NCBI GenBank assembly: GCA_951406725.2
Contig: OX597820.1
Coordinates: 91,078,001 to 91,142,000, forward strand
Source: Octopus vulgaris
Taxonomy: Eukaryota
Reading direction: 5' to 3'
DNA: 64,000 bases
Numbering within the stretch: the stretch's first letter is position 1; every line of letters begins with the position of its first letter. A model generated the notes under the pieces. The model worked only from the letters and a program-made list of their open reading frames with translations. It made no database searches and was not told the DNA's origin. The translations under genes and the position numbers were made by a program. Positions 1 through 13,742 of this stretch are shown here, one piece after another.

Positions 1-134
1 AAAGGACAACATTATTTACTGCATCCTGTATTTTCATGGGATTGTGATTTGTAGCAGATGTGCTTGTTATTGGTGGTGTTGTAATGTTGTTGTCACTGGT
101 AGTTTTCTTTTATGATGGAAATATTTGTTATACA

Positions 135-314
135 CAGCCATACCCACGTTACGGAAACGTTGCGTTCATGAAGATTCTACTGTAACGCAGAGTTACGTGT
201 AATATGCTTTCCCATTGACTTCCAAATACCGTAGACGTCAGTAAGATAACAAAGCCGGTTTCGTGTTACGGAACCCCAAATTACGGCATAATTTTCGCAA
301 CACGAGAACACCTG
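135..314. mobile_element. Probable Tigger/pogo-like MITE relic
   Basis: Begins CAG(ccatacccacgttacg) and ends (cgcaacacgagaacac)CTG-TA; degenerate TIR similarity only. Confidence 0.35.
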
Positions 315-727
315 TATTTCACTGAATTAAATATCATAGTGATACCCATGACATTCTGAGCAATAGAAAATTTATTTCAGCGAAAAAAAAACAAATTAAT
401 AAGAAAAGTAGGGAAGAAAACATTTTCTATTTACAACATGGTTAAATTCTTCGAGAATTTTCGTAACATTATCGTTCGGTGATGTAGTCCATGTGAAATT
501 ATTTTTGATTCTGAATGGTAACAACACGCTTAGATCGCAGTCTTGTCCATTACAAAAGCATTGTACGAACATCATTTACTAACAAGAACCTACTCTAGCG
601 GAAATTCAATCTAGATTCTCTAACAATATACTCAAAACACATTCACAGCTCCGTTGCTGACTGTCTAGTAGTAGTAATATGATAGCTAAAAACCCATGGT
701 AATAAATAGCTTCAAAAGTATAATGAA

Positions 728-743
728 ATGGCGAGGATTTCAA
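728..743 (+). CDS. Candidate first coding micro-exon (MARIS, phase 1) of an unidentified host gene
   Basis: aaATGGCGAGGATTTCAA followed by donor-like GTATGT, in the most CpG-retaining part of the window; no downstream exon found. Confidence 0.2.
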
Positions 744-1577
744 GTATGTTGCGTTATTGATATATCTACGAGGTTACATGAACGTATAAATAACATTTCT
801 CTTTGGGCTTTGATACCTGTGTGAGTTCAGATCATATCTGACTACAATGTTAATTTTTTTTTTTTGCCTATTATGTAAACTTTTTTTTATATATTTGCTG
901 CCAGCATCTAAAGTCTTGTTTACTGGCCTCCTATAAACGGCTTCTTCTTCTTCTTCTTCTTGCTTGTTCTTCTTCTTCTCCTTCTCCTTCTTCTCCACCT
1001 CCTCCTCCTCCTTTCCCACTGCAGGCGTGTTTATAGAATAAATAACTCGTGTATGCTTGAATTTTATATGTGAATAAAGGTTGATAGAAAGAATAAGTCA
1101 GTAAATGCTTGTGTAAGCATAAACGAATTCAGGGAGGAAAAAGAAATTTTTACTGTAAAAAAAGCACAATAAAATCCGTCAATAAACAAGTGATTTAAGG
1201 TTTTATTTTTGGTTCATTGTTTTACACAAGATATTGAATAAAACATGATATTTTTTCAACATTAGTGTAATGCCATTACATAAACTAGGAGAAATACTTT
1301 CCTCCAGGCAATTTTCTCACACTTTATGTAATATGCGTGTTATCACATCTGTTTCTTTATAATTATTATTATAAATATAAGACTATACTGTTCAATGTAA
1401 CTATTATTAAGATATCATTGAAAAGGAACTTCAACTTCTATAAATAAATAAATAAATAAATAAATGAGGAAATACAACTAATTAGAAAGAGAATTAATTT
1501 AGATGTAATTCAAGATTGGGCTAAGACTGGGCGTCACTAATATCCTGTCATCGCACAAGCATCTGTAAATAAAATCT

Positions 1578-1785
1578 CATCTTCATCATTTATTGTATGT
1601 TTTCCATGCTGACATGATTGGACGTTTTTACAGGATCCGGTGAGTTACAGGGCTGCATCACGCACCATATCAACTTTGTCATAGTTTCTACTGCTGGATG
1701 CCTTCCTAATGCCAGTCACTTTAAAGTGGGTATTGAGTACTTTTCTTTGTGTCACAAGCATTAGTGGGGTTGCCATGTAACTTAC
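1578..1785 (-). mobile_element. RTE-type 3' tail / RTE-dependent SINE relic
   Basis: Reverse of the ...ttaggaaggcatccagc...gatgatg motif also at 26400-26556 and 32731-33150. Confidence 0.6.
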
Positions 1786-1787
1786 AT

Positions 1788-1949
1788 ATATACGATGGGC
1801 TTCTTTCAGTTTCCATCTACCAAATACACTCACAAGGCTTTGGTCAGCCCGAGGCTATAGTAGAAGACACTTGCCCAAGGTGCCACACAGTGGGAATGAA
1901 CCCAGAACCATGTGGTTGGTAAACAAGCTACTTACCACACAGCCACTCC
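1788..1949 (-). mobile_element. tRNA-derived SINE family A, 5' half
   Basis: Reverse of ggagtggctgtgtggtaag...cccactgtgtggcaccttgggcaagtgtcttctactatag, shared with many copies in the window. Confidence 0.9.
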
Positions 1950-2469
1950 ATATGTATGTATAAATATATGTATGTATGTATGTATATATAAAGGAAAGAA
2001 TAAATAAAGTTAAAAGGAAGAGGGATACACACACACACACACACACATTCATATGGATGAATGATTGAATGGCATCATTCCCTTAGCTGAGGATCACTAT
2101 CTTTGGACAAAATCAATACTTTCCTGTCAGATATTGCACTCATCCGCTGTGCTCATACATTTCACAAGGAACTACTTTGCTCAATCTTTGATATCAATGC
2201 TGTTTCATTGTGGAAAAACTACAAGACATGTTTTTATCTCAGAACATTCCATTTTACCTAGCATTTGTAAATCTGGAGAAACACTTTGATAAGGTGTCAT
2301 AATCTGTAGTGTTGTGAAAGATAAAAAAAATACTAAGTTAAGAAAGATAATGAGATTCATTAAAGCCATGTAATAAGATATAGTCAGTGAAAGCCAATTA
2401 GCGGAAACTACAAATTTCCAAACATGTTGAGGCACCTGTTTCGTCAGTCAACAAATATTCTTTGAACAC

Positions 2470-2893
2470 GCTCTCACGCACGCACACACACAATGCTCGG
2501 TCATGCACACATACACTCACACACACAAACACACACACATATACGTACACACATATGTATGTATACGCACACACATATATATGTACACACACACACGCAT
2601 AAATGCGCACACACACACACATACACACAAGCACACACATAGGCACACATGCACACATACAAATATGCATATACATACACACACAATGCTCGGGCACGCA
2701 CACATACACTCACACACAAACACACACATATATACGTACACACACATATACGTACACACATATGTATGTACGCACACACACACATGTACACACACACACA
2801 CATAAATGCGTGCACACACACACACACACACACACAAGCACATACATAGGCACACATGCACACATACAAATATGCATATACATACACACACAC
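2470..2893. repeat. Tandem duplication (~200 bp unit) of CA/TA-rich low-complexity DNA
   Basis: caatgctcgg..cacatacactcac..cataaatgcg..cataggcacacatgcacacatacaaatatgcatatacat occurs twice. Confidence 0.8.
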
Positions 2894-3569
2894 TAATATA
2901 TACATTTCAGTTTTGTATGATATAATCGATATGGGGAAGTATGCATGGTGCCACTAAAACATCCAAGGCTAATGAGATCAACACAGTTGATGTTCAGATT
3001 CAGCATCTGTAGACAGCAGGCAAAATCACGAGCAGTTAAGAAAATCAAAGGAAATGGAAAAGGCCTTTGGGAAGTGCCTACAGGATGAGACTCAGTAAGG
3101 ATGGCAAAACAAGGAGAAATGTATTTGTGTGCCAAAAGTATGCAACAGGCTTGTCCAGAAGACCAAGGTCATTGTACATGTGATAGGAATCAAAAGAAAG
3201 AAAAAAGAAAAGAGATCTTAAGTTTTGCCCAGAGTTCAAAATGTATGGGTGAGTGACAATTTACCAGTTAGTCTTCACAATGTAGCTTAGAACATTTGAG
3301 TCAGAAGCCCCTTTGCAAGTATTACATTTAAGGTCGTAGTTTAGCTTTGCAAAAGTTCAGTAAATGATCGGAACAGAAAAACGTCTTTGGTCATAGCAGT
3401 AGGTTACCACTAGGATGCTAGTTTATTGATGTTAGCCTTACATGGTCAACAAGGAAGATCACCAGATAAGGTAAGGCTTGATATTTCAGTTGAATTAAAA
3501 CTGTGTGTTTGTCCAAGATAAAAGTGAGGATCTATGTATACAGATTGCATATTAATATACAAGTATGTT

Positions 3570-3780
3570 AAGATGGTGAGCTGGCAGTGTAAGTAGCACT
3601 CTGGGGGAAATGCTTTGTAGCATTTTGTCTGCCTTTACATTCTGAGTTCAAATTCTACTGAAGTCAACTTTGCTTTACATCCTTTTGTGGCCAATAAAAT
3701 AAGTACTAGTTGAACACCAGGGTTAACATAATTAACTAACCCCCTCCCCCGAAATTGCTGACCTTATGCCAAAATTGGCA
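3570..3780 (+). mobile_element. tRNA-derived SINE family C
   Basis: ggtgagctggcag...ttctgagttcaaattc...gtcaactttgc...aagtactag; inverse copies at 7430-7640, 50025-50243, 50470-50800, 51020-51180. Confidence 0.8.
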
Positions 3781-3784
3781 TATG

Positions 3785-3827
<43 letters not shown>

Positions 3828-3959
3828 TCTTGAGAACACATTCTTCATGGAAAATGGCAACTTGACATCTATATCTAACATACACGCTGTCCACTTTTAG
3901 TGGTCAGTCCTCTAAATTTTGTATATATATATATGTGTGTGTGTGTGACTGCGTGTATA

Positions 3960-4143
3960 TTGTTGGCGATTTTCTTTCTCCGTCTTCCCTTCTTTGGACT
4001 TCCTCTATATTTCTGACTAAGAGCTCCATTTAAAACGTGAAATCCTCCTTCTTTCTTTCCTTTCCTGGGCGTCCAATAAAACTGTACTTATTCCACATCC
4101 TCACGTTGTTGTGTTTTCTCTTTGTTCATGTTTGGATTAACTA
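3960..4143 (+). mobile_element. Penelope-like pLTR relic with decayed hammerhead (4009-4043)
   Basis: atttCTGACTA-A-GAGC..AAAACGTGaaat parallels the motif at 14585-14620; ends in (TA)n. Confidence 0.5.
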
Positions 4144-5439
4144 CATATATATATATATCACAGGGTCATCCAGTTACAGCTGAGGGAACTGGAGCAACCT
4201 AAAATGTAGTGTTTTGATCAAGAACACAACACAGTCTTGGTTTGGAAATGGAACCCATGATCTAACAATCATGAGTCCAACACTCTAACCACTAGGCCAC
4301 GTGTCTTCCCCACACACACACACATATAAATTTGTGTGTGAGTGTGTGTGTGTATGTGTGTGTGTTTGTATATCTATGTATATATGTATATTTCATGATG
4401 TAATAGTTGTGAAATATACATACATTGATTTATATTTGGTATGGACATTACCTGATAGAGAATGTTCATACCTTAGGTAGTGGAGTAGACAGATCAGCAT
4501 TTTTTTTTATTAAAGGAAAAGTGATGGTCCACATGGGTTTCATTCAAAAGCTAGCTGAACGGGATCAGTGTTTTACTTTACTTTTCATCACGGATAGGAG
4601 GGCACTGGGATTTTCTGGGAAGGTGGCAGTTATTCATTGTATTTCAGAGTTTAAAAATGGAGTGAAGTGTGAATCTGTGTAAAATATTTTAAATTTTTTT
4701 CTTTTTTGGCTTTGGTAAATATCTGCAAACTTGTAATACAGAGGGTGCATGTTTGCAGAGGTGAGCATAGTAACTCACTGGTGTATGTATTCACACACAT
4801 ACACATACACAGATATACAAATATTTTACAGATAGGGATTTTCATAGACAGCTAGTCTACTCTTCTATGAAACCCTTTATGACTGGGTGAGGACAGAACC
4901 ATGAAGAACCTCAAAATTCATACTAAATTTATTGATGATCTCCTTGTTGACTCTTACTTTACATATTACACCATTATTCATAGATTGGACAGCCTGTACT
5001 AGCTGTACATCTCTACCAAATTTTCTTAGTTTTGACCAGATTTCTAAGCATGAAAATCTCTGTCAATGAATATCAGGAAAAGTGGTTTATACTATATATC
5101 CTATTTGGAAGATTGTATCTGTAGTACCTTTATCTGGCACAAGACCAAACTATATTTCAGATAGGTTGACTCAGTTACAGATCAACTCTGCTATAATTCT
5201 TTTTGTAACCTTCATAGTCTTGGTTGAACAATTTGATGGCACTATAATTTTCTCTGTCTAAGGCATTTTTTTCACTCCTTTACGCTTGTAGCACTTTGCA
5301 TTGTTGCTACTACCCCACATATTAGAACGCATGCATGTGTGTGTGTATGTGTATATATATATATATATATATACACATTTATGTATGCATGTATGTATGC
5401 ATCTATCTATCTATCTATCTCTCTCTCTCTCTCTCTCTA

Positions 5440-5483
<44 letters not shown>

Positions 5484-5499
5484 AATAACTATTTTCATA

Positions 5500-5940
5500 T
5501 GTCTGTGCACACCTTGAATGCAATGTATACCAGAAGGTTTGCAAATCTAATGGAGGCCTCAAAAGACATTTTAAGATCCACGCAGACCTCTAGCAGTTTA
5601 ACCTGTTTGTCGGCCCAGTATCCCACGATGCAGATACTATTGGATGGCATGGGCCTACCTCTCCAGGTGCCGAGCCACAAGCCAAATGACTTTTCCAAGT
5701 TAATTTTTGTTCCTGCTACTGCTTTGTAATCTTTTAGTGTCTCGCCAACCAAGTCAATATACCTGTGGCTCAATACTATGATGGTGACATCGTCCACATA
5801 TGCAAACACACCCCTCCTGCATCTCAGTTCCTGCAGGATGCCACACAGTGTTGCCAGCTTCTGCAGTAGTGGCTCTAGAGTCAATGCGTACAAAAGTGAC
5901 GAGAGGGTGCATCCTTGATGGACCGAACACGTGATGATAA
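5500..5940 (-). pseudogene. L1/Tx1-clade LINE reverse transcriptase fragment
   Basis: ORF 5495-5953 has SVHQGCTLSSLLYALTLEPL (QG.PLSP.LF motif), AYVDD, and GTKINLEKS.GLWLG. Confidence 0.85.
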
Positions 5941-7788
5941 ATGAGACAGACATACAGACAGACAGAGAGATAGCTGTTTTTATGTCTGTATTGATGCTAT
6001 GTTTTAATGATAGACTATATTTCCTGCTACAAAGTGTTCTTCATGATAATATTGATGATGTATATATTTTGTATCAATCATTACTTTAAGTAAATGTTTT
6101 GTGATAAAGTGAATTCTTATAATTTTGTGCTATTGTTATTAATATACAAAATCCTGATATATTTTAAATAAACAATACAAGAATGTTTCAAAAAGAATCA
6201 CAAGATTTGCACATTTTTTTTTTCTCCCGGAATAAGTGAAGGAGACTAAACTTATGCTGTACAGTGTGGAAACATGAGAATTATTACAGTTTGAAATTAA
6301 ATATCAAAATTTTTAAAAATCAATTTAAAAGAGACACTGATGTGTTTTCTCAGATACACAGCTCAAAATACACATAAAACTTTTGATAAATAGTCATTTA
6401 TATATATATATATATATATAAAATTTCTCACTTCCTTCATTTTTCTTTTCTTACCTCTCTCTTGCTCATATGATTTCTATTTCAAATGCGTGCATATTTG
6501 TGGAGATATATTCAAAATTGCATTCATACTTACACATTCGGAACTTTGACCTTCTTCTGCCTTGATAAGCATAACTCGAATATTATCACTTGAGCAATAT
6601 ATCTACATAAATCAAAGCTGCTAAATAATTCCCTTGTCTTTTGAGATTCTTTACATATTTTTATATTGATATTTTTAAAATTCTCACACCAAAATATTAC
6701 AAACTGGAAACATACATCCATATATACATCCAAATATTTCTATATGCACTTTTCTGCGCAAGAAAGCAAGTGTATACATACATAGCTTCATTGAAATGTA
6801 AAAAGAGTAAAAAAAAAAAAAACAGATTTGAATATCATAAATCTATATTTATGTAAACATACATACACCAAACTATGAATCATTCACTTTCCTTTTATAT
6901 ACATTTGTATTTCTACATTTAAAAGATATGTACTCAAAATTTAAAGTATATTAAAAGATAAATCCAAAAATAAAAATGTATAAAATTACAAACACATTTA
7001 TTTTAAGCCATAATACAATTTTAAATAATTTAATTCCAGTCTTGGGAAAAATACATCTGTCAGAAATTTAAGCTCTAATAAAACACAAGTAATATTTTAC
7101 ACTGCCATAAATTCAGGATTACCATTTCTTAACTATCAACACAATATTTTATATCTTTTCAGCTCATAAATTCTTCAACCTATTTCTCTTGTCATTGCTT
7201 TAAAACAGTGTTATTCATCATGTTCAAAATGTGGTCAAGATTTCCCTAAACTTAACCATTCCCATGGTATTAAGCACTTTCATGCCATACTCTGTGCTTC
7301 TGAGACTCATAATATTATTTATATTCCACCATTACAGTATAGAAAATGGTTGCCAGGAGCCCTTTCAACAATGTTTCACCTTTACTATTTAACTTCTCAG
7401 TATTGCTTGCACATAAAACACCTTTGTTAATGAATTTCAACATAGGCACAAGGGCTCAACTTTTGGTGAAGGGGTATACTCATTTAAGGTAAATCTCCAT
7501 CTCCTAAACTGGGTCCATATCATATAGATACTAAAAGTTTGAACGGCTTTACCAGCACTAGTACGGTTTGAAATCAGAGAGAAAAGAGCTGTAAGCAAAT
7601 ATTGTAGCATATTTTACTAGACACTACCATTTCTGTCACTATGTAATTTAATGTAAAATTTATTGCTGAAGTACACAATAATAACAACCTAGTTTGTTAA
7701 AATATGTTATGATATGCTTTACTCAAACTGATTCTACAATGTATGAAGTAAGTTGTTCAGAAATTATTATATTCTATGTAGTCAAATG

Positions 7789-8105
7789 GTGGAGGCACAG
7801 TGGCCCAGTGGTTAGGGCAGCGGACTCGTGGTCGGAGGATCACGGCTTCAATTCCCAGACTGGGTGTTGTGTGTGTTTATTGAGCGAAAACACCTAAAGC
7901 TCCATGAGGCTCTAGCAGAGGGTGGTGGCGACCCCTGTTGTACTCTTTCGCCCCAAATTTCTCTCACTCTTTCTTCCTGTTTCTTGAGAAACGCTGCGAT
8001 GGACTGGCATCCTGTCCAGCTAGCGGGGTGGGGAACATATACTCTATAGAAACCAGGGAAACCAGGCTCATGAGCCTAGCTAGGCTTGAAAAGGGTGAGA
8101 ACAAA
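7789..8105 (+). mobile_element. tRNA-derived SINE family B
   Basis: A-box-like tggcccagtgg, B-box-like cttcaattccc, core tgtgtttattgagcgaaaacac; inverse relative at 33175-33475. Confidence 0.85.
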
Positions 8106-8849
8106 AGTGTAGTCAAAAGTCTGTGGGCTTCGTTCACCTTTTCTTTAATTCTGTCTGATCTGGTTGCTATAAACTAATTGGTGTATCCTTACACAATGAT
8201 AAATGAAAATGTATCAATTTACCACATAGTGAAGATTAATCTGAATTATAAAAATACAAACACATCAGTATTTACCTTACAGAAGTAAAGGCCAAAAATG
8301 TGCCAAGTATTCAAATATCTGTGTACCTGATTTAATGTATACCTAATCACAATGACTTTATATAGTTTTACAGTGGTTAGTTATGATAAGGGGTTCCTTA
8401 TGAGAATGTAATGACATTAAACATATAGTCCAGTCAATCCTACTTTTCCTGTCCACAGTGAGATTGTATGAATATGGCATATTTTTATGATCGTCTAATG
8501 TATCATGTATATTTAATTAACTTACAAATACAGTGACAGCTGAAATCTATGGACTTACTTCAAAGCAAAACTCTATTAACACTAAATTGTAAAGTAAGAT
8601 CTTCCACTCTAAATGTATACATACAAATATACATATACACACACATATATATATAAATATATATATACACACACACACACATATATATAAAGATATATAA
8701 ATATATGTATATATACTCACACCCTTGGCTTTGCTGTTTCATTTTGTCTAATATATATATATATATAATGTGTGTCTGTCTGTGTATATATATTTGTCTA
8801 GTATATATATTTATATACACACACACGTGCATCTATATATATTTATATA

Positions 8850-9162
8850 TATTAGACAAAATGAGTCAACAAAGCCAAGGCTGTGAGTAGTTTTCAGGAC
8901 ATTTATAAAGAAAGAGATATAGAGATAGTCTTACAGCTGTTTCTAGGATATTATGGATATCCCTTCATCAGAGACAATGTGAGATGTTTAAATCGAGGTA
9001 AATATCTGAGTTCGAAATAAGGAATTATTATGGAAAAGGAGGAGATAGGGAATATAGAGGGAAATAAGAGAATGAAAGTGGGAATAAAATATAAAATATT
9101 TAAGGATATTGTAGTCACAGTTCCATTATTTAAGGAAAGTTGTGTATAGAAGTGGTAAAAAC

Positions 9163-9165
<3 letters not shown>
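8850..9165 (-). mobile_element. Penelope-like pLTR with hammerhead; terminus inverted-duplicated at 8714-8752
   Basis: Flanked by (TA)n, contains an intact hammerhead core; 8714-8752 is reverse-complementary to 8850-8889. Confidence 0.7.
8928..8975 (-). ncRNA. Minimal type I hammerhead ribozyme
   Basis: Minus strand GUCU-CUGAUGA-A-GGGAUAU-CCAUA-AUAUCCU-A-GAAA-C-AGCU-G-UA-AGAC: stem I GUCU/AGAC, canonical core, 7-bp stem II, palindromic stem/loop III, GUA cleavage triplet. Confidence 0.85.
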
Positions 9166-9210
<45 letters not shown>

Positions 9211-9285
9211 ATATATGTATGTGTGTATATATATACATATACATATATATACATACGTATTTATACATATATATACATACATATT

Positions 9286-9323
<38 letters not shown>

Positions 9324-9572
9324 CATGTGTGTGTATGTATGTCTGTGTGTATGTGTATTGACATCATCATCTTAATTTAATGTCACTTTTCCATATTTGT
9401 ATGGGTTGAATGGTTCAAATGGAACCCAATAGGCTGCATCAAGCTCCAGTCTGCTTTGGCATGGTTTGGTTTCTACATCTGGATGTTCTTCCTGATGTCA
9501 GCCACTTTACAAAGTGTACATGGTGCCTCTTACATGACACCAGCTCTAATGATATAAATATATATATCTATA

Positions 9573-9630
<58 letters not shown>

Positions 9631-9654
9631 TTATTTATTTATATATATCAATTA

Positions 9655-9911
9655 TTTTATTCTTTAATTGGTTTCAGCAATTTGATTGTGGCCATGCTGG
9701 AGTACCACCTTAAAGGGTTTTATAGTTGAAGAAATTGAGCTTAGGACTTATTCTTTGTAAGCCTAGTACTTATTCTATTGGTCTCTTATGCTGAATTCCT
9801 AAGTTATGGGGACATAAACACACAAACATTAGTTGTCATGTAATGGTAGGTGGACAAATACAGACACAAAGATACACGTACATAAATATATACATATGTA
9901 TGTATATATAA

Positions 9912-9964
<53 letters not shown>

Positions 9965-10465
9965 TGTGTGTGTGTGTGTGTATATGTTTGGGTGTCTGTG
10001 TTTGTCCTCCCAACATCGCATGACAATCGATGCTGGTGTATTTACATCACTGTAACTTAGCAGTTTGGCAAAAGAGACCGATAAAATAAGTACTAAGCTT
10101 ACAAAGAATAAATCCTGGAGTCAATTTGCTCGACTAAAGGCGGTGCTCCAGCATGGCCACAGTCAAATGACTGAAACAAGTAAAAGAGTAACCCTTGTAC
10201 TTATTCTCTTGGCCCTTTTTGCTGAACTGCAAAGTTATAGGGATATAAACACATCAATATCATCAAGTGATTGTGGGGGACAAACACAGATGCACACATT
10301 AGCTATATACATGTATTCAACAAGCATCTTTTTGCTTCTATCTACCAAATCCACACATAAAGCTTTCGTCAACCCAAGGCTATAGTAGAACACACTTGCC
10401 CAAGATGCCACACAGTAAAGCTGAATGAACTTAGAACCATGTGGTTGAGAAACAAGCTTCTTGCC
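9655..10465. mobile_element. Cluster of three partial SINE-A copies (-, +, -) around a (TA)n tract
   Basis: SINE-A segments at 9655-9870(-), 9990-10190(+), 10195-10465(-). Confidence 0.8.
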
Positions 10466-11519
10466 TTTTATACACTATCATCATTATACGTGTGTCAGTC
10501 CAAATATATTGGCAATGTGTATCTGTTTACATTCTGAGTAAGGAGATAGTATGAAAGTTAGAGATTCTCAAATGTGGAACTGTGAGTTGGTGAGTAAAAG
10601 AAATAAAAGTAAAATGAAAATGAGAATAAGGATGAGACATTTTGTCACCTAGCTCTGACTAGTATATAAAGAAAGAGTGAGAGTGGGAGAAAATGAACAG
10701 GATTTGGTGTAAGAGATATTCACTTTATTTTGGTTGAAGTAGGATGAGAAATTTGAACAATATGAACAATGAAAATGCAGTGATAAATACAAAGAACTTT
10801 TTGTGGAACTTGAAATTTTACTATTAATATTCTGATAAAAGAACTTCTGGAATATTGATTAATTATATGTAAACCCTTCAATGTTTTGTAAATAATACAA
10901 TAGTACTTGTGTAAATATAGTGCCATCATTTCTAATTAAATTTTTATAGTTTTCATTAAAACTATTCAATGGATCAGTAAAGAAGCTGTCTCTTTTTGCA
11001 GCTAAGTGCTTATATATCATTGCAATCCATCATTTTCAGCAGGTGTTATGCACTATCACACTTGCAAATTATTGGTCTCACTGTTTTGACAAAGATTAAA
11101 TTGTAATGTGTTACTATTATAAAGGCCAAAGTCTTTAGTAAAAACAAATTGTCTATATGTTCCTCTCATAGCTTTTGAACAGATGCACAATTCTCTATAA
11201 TTAATAAAATTGCCATCATGTTTGATGACATGGGTTCACAACAGAATGTGTATAAATGTTGATGTGTGTGTGTGTATGAATATACGTATGTATGCATGAA
11301 TGCATGCAGGCATGTATGTATGTCTGAATGTATGAATGCATGTATGCATATAAGACACTTCCCAACCAGATGATGCTGGGTTCCATCCCACTGTATGGCA
11401 CCTTGGGCAAGTATCATCTATTATAGCAATAACCTGAGGTTAACCAGTTTCTTTTGAATGCATTTGGTAGATGGAAACTGAAATATGCCCATGGTATAAT
11501 GATGATGATATGTATATAT

Positions 11520-11920
11520 TCTCTTATTGTTTTATCTGTTTAGTTATTTGAGTGTGGGCATGCTGGAGCACTACCATTAGTCAAACAAATCGACCCCAGG
11601 ACTTATTCTTTGTAAGCCTTTTGTACTTATTTTATCGATCACTTTTGCTGAGCTGCTAAGTAACAGTGGCATAAACTCACCAAAATCAGTTGTCAAGTGT
11701 CAAGCGAAGGGAGGGGGGACAAACACACACACATAAATATAAACATACAGATATATATATACAACAGGCTTCTTTCACTTTCCATTTACAAAATCCATTC
11801 ACAAGGCTTTGGTGAGCCTGTGGCTATAGTAGAAGACACTTGCCTGAGGTGCCATGCAGTGGGACTGAACCTGGAACCATGTTGTTGGAAGCGAGCTACT
11901 TACCACAGAGCCACTCCTGC
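11520..11920 (-). mobile_element. SINE family A, near full length
   Basis: Collinear with the 45268-45665 copy in reverse. Confidence 0.9.
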
Positions 11921-11945
11921 ACACACACATATATATGTATATATA

Positions 11946-12176
11946 GTGAGAATTTACCAAAAAACAAAAGATGGGTGTGTAAACAACAAACAGATATACT
12001 AGTTTAATGCTCGGGAAGTGATAAAGTCTTTTAAATTTCAAGCATACATTCTTCAACAGAAAGGAACACAGAAATAAACAGGGAGAGAAAATAGAAAAAG
12101 GTTTAGTTGCTAACGATCTATCATGGCGAATGCCGGACAGAGGTGTCACACAGGAGAGCCAGGAAGAAGGGGAAAT

Positions 12177-12177
<1 letters not shown>
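11946..12177 (-). mobile_element. Penelope-like pLTR, same family as 14491-14678; decayed hammerhead at 12028-12063
   Basis: Shares aacaaacagat..gctcggga..aagtctttta..cagaaag..gctaacgatctatcatgg with the 14.5 kb copy; (TA)n flanks. Confidence 0.7.
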
Positions 12178-12213
<36 letters not shown>

Positions 12214-12215
<2 letters not shown>

Positions 12216-12470
12216 TGGAGGTATGTGGCTCAGTGGTTAGGGTGTCAGCATCATGATCGTAACATTGTGGTTTCAATTCCTGGACCAGGCAACACGTTGT
12301 GTTCTTGAGCAAAACACTTCATTTCACATTGCTCCAGTCCACTTAGCTGGCAAAGATGAGTAACGCTGCGATAGACTGGCATCCTGCCCAGCTGGGGAAC
12401 ACATACATCATAGAAACCAGGAAACCAGGCCCATGAGCCTAGCTAGGCTTTAAAAAGGGTGCATTTATTA
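12214..12470 (+). mobile_element. SINE family B
   Basis: gtggaggtatgtggctcagtggttaggg...ggtttcaattcctgg...gttcttgagcaaaacac; (TTA)n tail. Confidence 0.85.
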
Positions 12471-13134
12471 TTATTATATGTTTGTGTGTGTGTCTGTGTT
12501 TACGTCCCCATAGCTTATGGTTGGGTAAAATTGAACAATAGAATAAGTACCAGGCTTTAAAAGAAAAACAGATACTGGAGTTGAATCATTTGACCAAAAT
12601 TCTTCAAGGTGGTGCCCCAGCATGGCCGCAGTCTAATGACTGAAACAAATAAAATAAATGCATGTGTGTGACTGTGTATGTATATACACTCACACACCTG
12701 TCTAAATGTGTATATGTGTGTGACTGAGTGTATGTCTGTGTATGTGTAATTATACATAATGAATATGAATCAAGTCATTGCTTATTCAAGTTACAGCCTT
12801 CATACAGGATTCGATGACAGCCTCTTCCTTATGAATTATAGATGGCAAAGTAACAAAAACAATAGGATATCAGAATAAGGAGACAGAATGATTGACAGAA
12901 GGGACCCAAATATCTATATTTTACATCTCTGTTTCCATCAATAAATATGACCATCAACAGTTTTACATCCTTTTTTATTTTCTTGCCTGAAATAAGCTGG
13001 GTAAGTTTTAACAGCACAGGCTGGGAAATTGCCAGGTGAGGATAAAAGGCTTGTAAGAGCTATGCAATGTATGTACAGAAATTCTCTCAGTTAGGTGAGA
13101 GTCAACAATAAATTCAATGAGGAAGTTAACATGT

Positions 13135-13470
13135 TCTTTTGACTGTGGTCATGCTGGAGCACCTCTTTCAATGGTGTTTTAGTTGAAGACATCTACCCCC
13201 AAGACTTACTCTTTGAAAGCCTAGTACTTATTCTATCAGTCCGGTCTCTTTCACCAAAGTTACGGGGATGTAAACACAGACACAAAGACACACACATGTA
13301 AATATATACATACAATAGCCTTCTTTCAGTTTCTGTCAACCAAATCCACTCACAAGGCTTTGGTCAGCCAGCGGCTGTTGTAGAAGACACTTGCTCAAAG
13401 TGCCATGCAGAGGGAGTGAACCCAGAACCATGTGATTGGGAAGCAAATTTCTTACCACGCAGTCATGCTT
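13135..13470 (-). mobile_element. SINE family A
   Basis: Reverse match to family consensus, with internal deletion. Confidence 0.85.
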
Positions 13471-13742
13471 GTCTCCATCAGGATTGCTGTGACTGGCAGC
13501 CTAGTGCTTATTATAATTCCCTTGGATATAACATAGGATTTTAAGACTGGCTTTACATAGGAACTTCTGTTTGTCAATGTCTTCATTTACATAGCTGAAT
13601 CTGTCAAAGAATTTATGAAGAAATTTCAAATGTAGACATAAAACCTAGAATCATTAGTAGACATAACACATGAAATGTTTTAGCAAGAAACAGGACAAGT
13701 ATCAAGTCATCTGAATAGTGGCCATGAACAATATGCACAAAG

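Noticed and set aside
7789-7865. tRNA genes at SINE heads (also 12214, 35648, 45268 and others)
   Set aside because: A/B boxes run on into SINE bodies; no intact cloverleaf
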